This document shows, piece by piece, positions 8,437 to 15,406 of a stretch of DNA of 32,000 nucleotides. The notes below the pieces were generated by a model. The model was not told where the DNA came from. It was given only the letters and a program-made list of their open reading frames with translations, and ran no database searches. The DNA comes from Megasphaera elsdenii DSM 20460. GTDB taxonomy: Bacteria > Bacillota > Negativicutes > Veillonellales > Megasphaeraceae. Every line of letters begins with the position of its first letter. Position 1 is the stretch's first letter. Location of the stretch: assembly GCF_003010495.1 (NCBI RefSeq), contig NZ_CP027570.1, positions 1,380,001 through 1,412,000 of the forward strand, given 5' to 3'. The position numbers and the translations under genes were made by a program.

Positions 8437-9471
8437 ATGGAAATGCAAATGGAATACATCCGTAAATTACCGGAACCGCAGGAATTGATGGAACAATTTC
8501 CCATCGACGACAAGGTCAAAGCCATCAAGGCGAAACGGGATGAAGAAATCAAGGACATCCTGACAGGGAAAGACAACCGTTTCCTGCTCATCATCGGGCC
8601 CTGCTCGGCCGATAACGAACCGGCCGTCCTCGATTATATTCACCGCCTGGTCAAAGTCCAGGAACAGGTCAAAGATAAAATTTTCATCATTCCGCGCGTC
8701 TATACCAGCAAACCGCGTACTATCGGCGTCGGCTACAAAGGCATGCTCCACCAGCCCGACCCGGAAGGCAAGGAAGACATGCTGGGCGGCATCATCGCCA
8801 TCCGTGAAATGAATGCCCGCGTCGTCCGCGAAACGGGCTTTACCTGTGCCGAAGAAGTCCTCTATCCGGAAATCTTCCGCTACCTGTCGGACCTCTTGTC
8901 CTATGCAGCCGTCGGCGCCCGGTCCGTCGAAGACCAGTTCCATCGCATGATCGCCAGTGGCGTCGGCATCCCGGTGGGCATGAAGAATCCGACATCCGGC
9001 GATATTTCGGTCATGCTCAATTCTATTGAAGCGGCCCAGCATACGCAGGACTTCCTCTTCCGCGGCTGGGAAGTCCGCACAAAGGGGAACCCGCTGGCTC
9101 ACGCCATCCTGCGCGGCTATGTCGACAGCTTCGGCAACAGCATGCCTAACTATCACTATGAAAACCTCCAGCGCCTGTACGAAGCCTATGGCAAGCGTGA
9201 CCTGGCCTATCCGGCCGTCATCGTCGACGCCAACCATGCCAACTCGGGCAAGAAATACCTGGAACAGATCCGCATCGCCAAAGACGTCATCCACAGCCGT
9301 AAACATTCGGCCGACATCAAACAGCTGGTCAAAGGCTTGATGATTGAAAGCTACATCGAAGACGGGAACCAGAAAATCAGCGAAGGCACGTACGGCAAAT
9401 CCATTACCGACCCCTGCCTGGGCTGGGAAAAATCGGAACGCCTCATCTACGACATGGCAGAATTATTGTAA
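8437..9471 (+). CDS. 3-deoxy-7-phosphoheptulonate (DAHP) synthase, class I AroF/G/H type
   Basis: 344 aa with LLIIGPCSADNEP and RVYTSKPRTIGVGYKGMLHQPDP, the class I-alpha KPRT motif region. Confidence 0.85.
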   Translation: MEMQMEYIRKLPEPQELMEQFPIDDKVKAIKAKRDEEIKDILTGKDNRFLLIIGPCSADNEPAVLDYIHRLVKVQEQVKDKIFIIPRVYTSKPRTIGVGYKGMLHQPDPEGKEDMLGGIIAIREMNARVVRETGFTCAEEVLYPEIFRYLSDLLSYAAVGARSVEDQFHRMIASGVGIPVGMKNPTSGDISVMLNSIEAAQHTQDFLFRGWEVRTKGNPLAHAILRGYVDSFGNSMPNYHYENLQRLYEAYGKRDLAYPAVIVDANHANSGKKYLEQIRIAKDVIHSRKHSADIKQLVKGLMIESYIEDGNQKISEGTYGKSITDPCLGWEKSERLIYDMAELL

Positions 9472-9726
9472 TTAGTGGTTCGTGGTTCGTAGCGGCCTTA
9501 TGGACGCAACGTAGGGGCCGTCCTGATAAGGCGGCCCGCTTTTCTTTGAATTTAAGACCACCCACTAACCACTAGCCACTAAAAAAGCGCTGTCGCATGA
9601 AGGTTTATTCCAACATGCGTGGCCCCTTTTACTTTATAGTTTGTAGCACAGAGTTTGTAGTTTGCAGAGAAAACCTTCAAAGTTAAAGCCATCCGCTAAC
9701 CACTAACTGCTAGCCACTAACAACTT
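9472..9726. repeat. Mosaic intergenic repeat block (heptamer words, GC hairpins, degenerate terminator copy)
   Basis: It contains TAGTGGTTCGTGGTTCGTAG (9473..9492), CGTAGGGGCCGTCC, and CTAR arrays at 9565/9572/9579 and at 9696/9703/9710/9717. It also contains AGTTTGTAG words. Segments are homologous to 19080..19135, 22476..22596 and, inverted, 30230..30345. Confidence 0.85.
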
Positions 9727-9764
9727 AAAAGGGCTTGTCGCATGTGCGACAAGCCCTTTTTTTT
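9727..9764. terminator. Bidirectional intrinsic terminator between the DAHP synthase gene (+) and the ACT-domain gene (-)
   Basis: AAAAGGGCTTGTCGC atgt GCGACAAGCCCTTTTTTTT. A-tract and T-tract flanks allow function in both directions. The T-run abuts the stop codon of the minus-strand gene. Confidence 0.85.
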
Positions 9765-10173
9765 AAAATGTATCCAACAAGGTGTACCCTTTCCCGCGGA
9801 GGAACGTTTCCGTTTCCATTTCGCGGGTCTTGAAGACGGCAACCGGTGTGCCGGCCTGGCGGTTATAGGAAATGTACAGATAATCGATGGAGATGTTGGC
9901 CTGGCGGAGATTGTCGAGAATCTTGTCCAGGCAGCCCGGCGTATCGCCCATTTCGACGGCGACGACTTTGTCTGCATGACATTGGTAGCCGGCTTCCTGT
10001 AATTTGGCAACAGCCAGTTCCGGGTCGGTGACGATGAGGCGGATGATGCCGAATTCGGCGCTGTCATTGGCCAGCATCGTGTAGATATTGATATTGGCAT
10101 CGGCCAGGACCGACGTCATCTTGCGCAAAGCGCCTTTTGTGTTTTCAGCGAATACAGAAACTTGATTGAGCAT
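9763..10173 (-). CDS. ACT domain-containing protein (tandem ACT, amino-acid-binding type)
   Basis: 136 aa. MLNQVSVFAENTKGALRKMTSVLADANINI...VVAVEMGDTPGCLDKILDNLRQANISIDYLY shows two ACT-like beta-alpha-beta-beta-alpha-beta units. RBS AAGGGGGA is present. Confidence 0.7.
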   Translation of the reverse strand: MLNQVSVFAENTKGALRKMTSVLADANINIYTMLANDSAEFGIIRLIVTDPELAVAKLQEAGYQCHADKVVAVEMGDTPGCLDKILDNLRQANISIDYLYISYNRQAGTPVAVFKTREMETETFLRGKGYTLLDTF

Positions 10174-10218
10174 AAATCAGAATCCCCCTTGATGATAAAA
10201 TATTGTGACGTTGTTCCC

Positions 10219-10246
10219 ATTTTACCATAAAAAGACAGGCTTGTAA
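10219..10246 (-). promoter_or_regulatory. Candidate promoter of the ACT-domain gene (TTACAA-16 nt-TGgTAAAAT on the minus strand)
   Basis: The reverse complement reads CTTACAAGCCTGTCTTTTTATGGTAAAATGGG. The extended -10 string is identical to the one at 3594..3602. Confidence 0.45.
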
Positions 10247-10287
10247 GGGGAGCAGAATCTGTTAAACGTTTCAGAATAATCGAGTCG

Positions 10288-10296
10288 TGATATAAT
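10288..10296 (+). promoter_or_regulatory. Candidate extended -10 promoter (TGATATAAT)
   Basis: GTGATATAAT lies about 45 nt upstream of the ATG at 10341. Confidence 0.45.
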
Positions 10297-10340
10297 AAAA
10301 GTATAGGAACTATGTTTTTTTATGATATGAGGTGAGCGCT

Positions 10341-10727
10341 ATGCCAGCTTGGTTCATCATCTTCTTATTTTTACTGATTACAGGGATTGCTAAACTCTAT
10401 ATGTGGCTCGGCGTCACGGACCTCTTGAAAGCCATCATCGCCGCGACCTTGACAACCTTCGTCATCGTCTGCGCCCTGCGGCGCAGCGGCCAGAAACAGG
10501 CCGAACAAAAAGAAAGAGAAAAGGCAGCAGCCCTTGAAAAAGAAAACATCCAGCCAGCCTCAGAAAATACCCAGCGCGACCATCAACTCGACGCTGATGA
10601 TGCCGCCTTCCTGTCTGCCGTAGGAACCGGACTGATTTTGCACGAACTCCACGAACGGAATAAAGAGCAGGAACGGGCAAGCCGCGATTACGACGGAAAT
10701 TGGGATAACCCCGATGACGACAGCTAG
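10341..10727 (+). CDS. Hypothetical small membrane protein (two N-terminal TM segments, acidic/charged tail)
   Basis: MPAWFIIFLFLLITGIAKLYMWLGV...IIAATLTTFVIVCAL is followed by a K/E/D-rich tail. I chose the ATG at 10341 (RBS GAGGTG 6 nt upstream) over the GTG at 10332. I recognised no family. Confidence 0.55.
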   Translation: MPAWFIIFLFLLITGIAKLYMWLGVTDLLKAIIAATLTTFVIVCALRRSGQKQAEQKEREKAAALEKENIQPASENTQRDHQLDADDAAFLSAVGTGLILHELHERNKEQERASRDYDGNWDNPDDDS

Positions 10728-10784
10728 TATGATGACTGGGAGTAGGGGAAATGGGGAAACCAATTATTAAGAAGGCGATTTTTT

Positions 10785-11270
10785 ATGGAAAGAAAAATTA
10801 AAGAATTTTCTAATGGAACATATCTATCATTTGATACCGGATATTTTGATGATTGGTGTGTATATTTAACGAATAGAAATGGCCGAAGGTATTCGCCTAA
10901 AGATTCAGATTATTTTACAATATTGAAAGAATATGCTAATAAATATGGTTACAAAAGGATATATGGAGACTTTATACAGATATATAATTTAACCGGTAAA
11001 GTAGCTGAACTGTCTGTATTACAAAAAATTTCGATGATAGCATATACTTATCAAGAAGATTCGGAACTTTTAGATATCATTTTTTCAATTCTTTACATGG
11101 GAATGATTGCAGAGGAAAATAAAAAAGGAACTCATTTAGGAAAAAGAATAAAAAGGCTTGGCATATACACTTTGTTAATAGAGCAAAAAAAAGTAGATTA
11201 TGCAGCCAATTTTATGCGTCATATGGGATGGCGTGAAATTGATTCTTTGTGTAGAGAAAGAGGTTTTTAG
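10785..11270 (+). CDS. Hypothetical protein (161 aa), first gene of the island
   Basis: A clean ORF with island-type codon usage and RBS AGAAGG. I recognised no catalytic or DNA-binding motif. It has no TM segments and converges on the nuclease candidate. Confidence 0.55.
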   Translation: MERKIKEFSNGTYLSFDTGYFDDWCVYLTNRNGRRYSPKDSDYFTILKEYANKYGYKRIYGDFIQIYNLTGKVAELSVLQKISMIAYTYQEDSELLDIIFSILYMGMIAEENKKGTHLGKRIKRLGIYTLLIEQKKVDYAANFMRHMGWREIDSLCRERGF

Positions 11271-11295
11271 ATTTTTTGTTGGTGAGAAAAAATTA

Positions 11296-11369
11296 TATTG
11301 AATGATAGCCAAATGACTCATATATGAGAAGGGGGATTCTCATGTATGAGTCGTTTGGCTTATTCAATA
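11296..11369. terminator. Long imperfect inverted repeat (about 34-bp arms), probably a bidirectional terminator between convergent island genes
   Basis: The arms are TATTGAATGATAGCCAAATGACTCATATATGAGAA and TTCTCATGTATGAGTCGTTTGGCTTATTCAATA, separated by GGGGGA. Each arm contains a nested CTCATATATGAG-type palindrome. Confidence 0.55.
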
Positions 11370-11383
11370 AGTGAATTAATGGC

Positions 11384-11935
11384 CTATTTTAATTGCAATA
11401 TATCTAAAGGAATTTCATTGAAGAAGTAGTAACATTCCATATTTGCAATATATTGCAAGGTGTCGCGATACATGGAGTGTTGAAACCAATCATTGAATAC
11501 GTAAATAAATACTACGGAATAGCCTAATGGAGAAAACAATTTTTCATATTCTTGTTTCTTGAAATGACAACCAGGCAATTTTTCATCAACGGATCCAGAT
11601 TCGCTTTGAAACTTTTTTTCAATGATAAACGCCGTTTTTGTTATTTCATTAATGAAACATTCATCAGGAAGCCATTGTTTTGAATTATACTGACGATAAT
11701 CGATTCCACGTGGTGCTAAAAAGCAAGAATATAAAGCATGTTTGGGAACTGAATAGCCAATAAGTTTCTGCTCATTGTAGACTTCATAACCGATTGATTT
11801 CCGGTTTGATGAAATTGGATTTAATATGAAGTTATGATATTGTAAGGCATCTTTTAACGAAGTCGTTTGTTCAAATCTTAAACCATTTTTATTGGTTTTT
11901 GCGCCTCCGCCATGGGTGTTTGGAATATGAGTCAT
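11384..11935 (-). CDS. Candidate type II restriction endonuclease (PD-(D/E)XK-like), specificity unknown
   Basis: 183 aa. LPDECFINEITKTAFIIEKKFQ gives PD-x14-E-K-K, that is PD...(D/E)xK. It is followed by Q..SGSVDEK. The gene is transcribed divergently from a DNA methyltransferase gene and is part of the AT-rich island. Confidence 0.5.
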   Translation of the reverse strand: MTHIPNTHGGGAKTNKNGLRFEQTTSLKDALQYHNFILNPISSNRKSIGYEVYNEQKLIGYSVPKHALYSCFLAPRGIDYRQYNSKQWLPDECFINEITKTAFIIEKKFQSESGSVDEKLPGCHFKKQEYEKLFSPLGYSVVFIYVFNDWFQHSMYRDTLQYIANMECYYFFNEIPLDILQLK

Positions 11936-11967
11936 AATAAAAACCCCTTTCGTAAATAAATTTTAAA

Positions 11968-12038
11968 TTGACTTTTTAGTCATTTTATATGGATCTTTAT
12001 TATACTCAATTTTTGAGGCACTTTTGACTTTTTAATGA
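11968..12038. promoter_or_regulatory. Divergent control region with the repeated TTGACTTTTTA motif and a GACT-N4-AGTC palindrome
   Basis: The palindrome TGACTTTTTAGTCA is at 11969..11982. The 11-mer TTGACTTTTTA is repeated at 11968 and 12024. The region lies between the divergently transcribed nuclease candidate and the methyltransferase. Confidence 0.35.
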
Positions 12039-12127
12039 ATTTTTAATGATTCTTGAGTGAATTTTTATGATATTCTCATTTTAACCTCGTACATTTATGA
12101 TGATAAAAGTTTATTTGAGGTGATAAA

Positions 12128-12862
12128 ATGAAATGGCAACCAGATGATTTTACCTTGGAAATGACATCGGTATGGTCTTTTCCACAACGAGGAAAATGGG
12201 CGACGCATGATGGTAACTATCGTGGGAATTGGTCTCCCTACATCCCACGCAATTTAATACTTCGATATTCTGGCGAAGGGGATAGGATTTTAGACTGTTT
12301 TGTAGGTGGAGGAACGACCTTAGTTGAGGCTAAATTATTAAGTCGGAATTGTATAGGCGTTGACGTAAATGAACAGGCTCTAGACCGATGCCGAAAGAAA
12401 TGTGATTTTTCATGTCCGAATATGGGGAAAATTTATTTGAAACAAGGAGATGCACGGAATCTTCATTTTATACAAGATGCATCAATCGATTTTATTTGTA
12501 CCCATCCTCCTTATGCAAATATTATTCAGTATAGTCAAGATATAGAACAAGATTTGTCTCGACTGGATGTTGACTCGTTTTTAGCGGAAATAAAAAAAGT
12601 GGTTTGTGAATGTTATCGTGTTCTTAAAAAAGGAAAATTTTGTGCGATTCTAATGGGAGATATCCGGAAAAAAGGACATGTTATTCCGTTGAGCTTTTGG
12701 GTTATGGATTTATTTTTGCAACAAGGTTTTTCTTTAAAAGAGATGATTATAAAAGAACAGCACAATTGTAGAGCGACAGGCTTTTGGAAAACAAATAGTG
12801 TAAAGTATAATTTTTTGTTACTGGCACATGAACATTTATTCGTATTTCACAAAATTAGTTGA
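12128..12862 (+). CDS. DNA amino-methyltransferase (N6-adenine or N4-cytosine), motif order X-I-IV, catalytic motif HPPY
   Basis: 244 aa. SVWSFP...NWSPYIPRNLILRYSGEGDRILDCFVGGGTT holds the AdoMet motif I (FxGxG) preceded by a motif X helix. Then comes IDFICTHPPYANI (motif IV) and VLKKGKFCAILMGD. RBS GAGGTGA is present. Confidence 0.75.
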   Translation: MKWQPDDFTLEMTSVWSFPQRGKWATHDGNYRGNWSPYIPRNLILRYSGEGDRILDCFVGGGTTLVEAKLLSRNCIGVDVNEQALDRCRKKCDFSCPNMGKIYLKQGDARNLHFIQDASIDFICTHPPYANIIQYSQDIEQDLSRLDVDSFLAEIKKVVCECYRVLKKGKFCAILMGDIRKKGHVIPLSFWVMDLFLQQGFSLKEMIIKEQHNCRATGFWKTNSVKYNFLLLAHEHLFVFHKIS

Positions 12863-12922
12863 AAGATAGGGAGGCTATTGGTACAATAATACGAGTGATA
12901 ATTTTTAGATTGAGGTAAAATA

Positions 12923-13765
12923 ATGACAGAATTTAAAATGAGTCCTTTTGTAAAATGGGCAGGCGGTAAAAGCCAGCTGTTGGATACTTTGATTGCAAAA
13001 CTTCCAGTGCAGTACGGTCGATATTATGAACCCTTTATAGGGGGAGGCGCTTTTTTATTAGGCTTATCTCCTAAAAAAGCTGCTATTAATGATACTAATA
13101 GTGTTTTAATCAATATTTATCGGCAGCTAAAAGAAAACGAAAACGAAGTGATTGAACGGCTGAGAAATTTAGATTCTGTCCTTTGTGATAAAGAAAGATA
13201 TTACCGATTAAGAAAAAAATATAACGAAAAAATTATGCAAGGCTGTACTTTGGATACAGAAGTAGCGGCTCTTATGATTTGGTTAAACAAGCATTGTTTT
13301 AATGGTCTGTATCGTGTTAACAAAAAAGGTCTGTTTAATGTGCCTTGGAATCGAAGGGAAAAAGGAAATTCTTTTGATGAAAGTAATTTACAGGCTATAG
13401 GGAAGTATCTTCGGGATAATGATATACTCATTCGCAATGAAGACTTTGAAATTTTCTGCAATCAGGTCCAGGCTGGCGATTTTGTTTACTTTGACAGTCC
13501 CTATATACCGGTTACTGAGACGGCTAATTTTACAGACTATACTGCTGATGGATTTACCTTAGCCGATCATCAGCGATTGGCGAATTTATTTGATGTATTA
13601 AATGACCGAGGCGTTTTTATTATGTTATCCAATAATGATACCCCCTTAGTTTATGAATTATATGGGAATAAAGGGTATAAAATACAGTCTATTGATGTAA
13701 AAAGATTGATTAACCGTAATGCCAAGAAGCGAACGGGGAAAGAGGTTATTATTACAAATTACTGA
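12923..13765 (+). CDS. dpnM: Dam-type GATC N6-adenine DNA methyltransferase (DpnM/M1.DpnII-like)
   Basis: 280 aa with SPFVKWAGGKSQLL, EPFIGGGAF (motif I) and FVYFDSPY (motif IV), giving alpha-class order. It is the first gene of a dpnM-dpnA-dpnB arrangement. Confidence 0.85.
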   Translation: MTEFKMSPFVKWAGGKSQLLDTLIAKLPVQYGRYYEPFIGGGAFLLGLSPKKAAINDTNSVLINIYRQLKENENEVIERLRNLDSVLCDKERYYRLRKKYNEKIMQGCTLDTEVAALMIWLNKHCFNGLYRVNKKGLFNVPWNRREKGNSFDESNLQAIGKYLRDNDILIRNEDFEIFCNQVQAGDFVYFDSPYIPVTETANFTDYTADGFTLADHQRLANLFDVLNDRGVFIMLSNNDTPLVYELYGNKGYKIQSIDVKRLINRNAKKRTGKEVIITNY

Positions 13766-13775
13766 CGGAGGAAAA

Positions 13776-14582
13776 ATGGATAAACTATTTAAAGGACAAC
13801 AGATTATACCGACTTATGAGACGGAAAATTCTATGCTTGTTTTGGGAGATACTTTTCAAGTTTTAGATAAACTGAAATCGCAATCTGTTGATTTAATTTT
13901 TGCCGATCCGCCCTATTTTTTATCAAATGGCGGGTTTACTTGTTCTGGGGGAAAACAAGTTTCTGTCAATAAAGGAGATTGGGATGCTGCTGATGGCTGG
14001 CCTGCAAAACATCGATTTAATCGGCGATGGCTTCATCGCTGCCATCGTATTTTAAAACCGAATGGCAGTATTTGGATTAGTGGTACGCTGCATAATATTT
14101 TTTCTATTGGCATGGCGTTGGAACAAGAAGGGTTTAAGATTATCAATAATATTACCTGGCAAAAGTCCAATCCGCCGCCTAACTTAGCTTGTCGTTGTTT
14201 TACCCATTCGACAGAAACAATTATTTGGGCTAAATTGAATGATAAGAAAGCAAAACAAACTTTTCATTATGACTTGATGAAAGCGGAAAATGGTGGAAAG
14301 CAAATGAAGGATGTTTGGACTACTTCGCTCACTCCACCATCCGAAAAAACGGAAGGCAGGCATCCGACGCAAAAACCATTATTTATCTTGGAAAGAATTA
14401 TTAAAGCTTCTTCTAATGCTGGCGATATTGTGTTGGACCCATTTTGCGGATCTTCGACGACGGGCGTGGCAGCACAAAAATTAGGAAGAAAATATATTGG
14501 CATTGATAGTAATGACGGATATATTGACTTATCTATAAGGAGATTAAAAAAATGTGCAAACGAAACTTTAAAGATTGGCTGA
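13776..14582 (+). CDS. dpnA: Beta-class N6-adenine DNA methyltransferase (DpnA/M2.DpnII-like, single-strand-capable type)
   Basis: IFADPPY (motif IV first), then DVWTT...GRHPTQKPLFILERIIKASSNAGDIVLDPFCGSSTTG. I chose the ATG at 13776 (RBS GGAGG 5 nt upstream) over the in-frame ATG at 13719, which overlaps dpnM. Confidence 0.85.
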   Translation: MDKLFKGQQIIPTYETENSMLVLGDTFQVLDKLKSQSVDLIFADPPYFLSNGGFTCSGGKQVSVNKGDWDAADGWPAKHRFNRRWLHRCHRILKPNGSIWISGTLHNIFSIGMALEQEGFKIINNITWQKSNPPPNLACRCFTHSTETIIWAKLNDKKAKQTFHYDLMKAENGGKQMKDVWTTSLTPPSEKTEGRHPTQKPLFILERIIKASSNAGDIVLDPFCGSSTTGVAAQKLGRKYIGIDSNDGYIDLSIRRLKKCANETLKIG

Positions 14583-15406
14583 AGACCATGAGAAAATCAA
14601 TAAATCAGTATAATTACTATATAGATTTTCCTAAAATATATAAAAACGTTGAGGAAAAGAAAGTTGAGCTTCATATTCTCAATGCCCTAGTAGGCAGCAA
14701 GAATATAAAAGAAGAATTTGTTGATATCTTGCATCGTTATCCTGAAGTACTGGAATGTATTCCTATCATTTTAGCAGTACGAGCTAATGAAATTTATGCG
14801 CAAGATGAGAACGGTGCTTTTACCTATAATTTTCATAAAATGAATCAGTCTATTGAGCAATATGTCTATTTTATGGAAAAGACAGGGCTGTTTGATTTGA
14901 TTGCCAATCATATTATTAATAATTTGTATGATTATTGTCTTGGTGTTGAAACGGGATTGGATACGAATGGAAGAAAAAATCGCGGTGGCGATCAAATGGA
15001 AGATCTTGTTGAACGCTATATTCAGCATACAGGCGTAGAGTATTATAAAGAAATGTATTTGTCAGATGTGGAAGAAAAATGGAGTGTTGATTTATCGGCA
15101 ATTTCAGCGCAGGGAACGACGACAAAACGTTGGGATTTTGTTGTGAAAACGCAAAATATGATATATGTTATTGAAACTAATTTCTATACATCAGGAGGCT
15201 CTAAATTAAATGAAACGAGCCGGAGTTATAAGATGATTGCAGAAGAATCTAAAGATATAACGGATGTAAAATTTGTTTGGATTACTGATGGTGGAGGATG
15301 GAAAAGCGCAGCTCGTAATTTAGAAGAAACTTTTCAGGTTATGGATACGCTATACAATATTGCGGATATGGAAAATGGTACTTTAGAAAAGCTATTTTCG
15401 ATTTAA
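14552..15406 (+). CDS. dpnB: DpnII/MboI-family type II restriction endonuclease (GATC)
   Basis: 284 aa. From my memory of R.DpnII, these segments look co-linear with it: RNFKDWLKTM...YYIDFPKIYKNV...LNALVGSKNIKEEF...GVETGLDTNGRKNRGGDQMEDLV...KRWDFVV...YVIETNFYTSGGSKLNETSRSYKMIAEE...FVWITDGGGW. It overlaps the dpnA 3' end by 31 nt. Confidence 0.85.
   Translation: MCKRNFKDWLKTMRKSINQYNYYIDFPKIYKNVEEKKVELHILNALVGSKNIKEEFVDILHRYPEVLECIPIILAVRANEIYAQDENGAFTYNFHKMNQSIEQYVYFMEKTGLFDLIANHIINNLYDYCLGVETGLDTNGRKNRGGDQMEDLVERYIQHTGVEYYKEMYLSDVEEKWSVDLSAISAQGTTTKRWDFVVKTQNMIYVIETNFYTSGGSKLNETSRSYKMIAEESKDITDVKFVWITDGGGWKSAARNLEETFQVMDTLYNIADMENGTLEKLFSI

Noticed and set aside
10741-10746. The 6-bp direct repeat AGTAGG at both island borders (10741..10746 and 15418..15423) might be a target-site duplication.
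   Set aside because: A 6-mer match across 4.7 kb is expected by chance. AGTAGG is also part of the common GTAGGGG word of the native repeats. No terminal inverted repeats or recombinase gene support transposition.
13719-13775. N-terminal extensions suggested by the ORF track (starts at 4981, 10332, 13719, 21247, 23915, 24417 and 25937).
   Set aside because: In each case an internal ATG has a well-spaced Shine-Dalgarno sequence and coincides with the start of family-typical sequence. The upstream extension overlaps the preceding gene or lacks an RBS.
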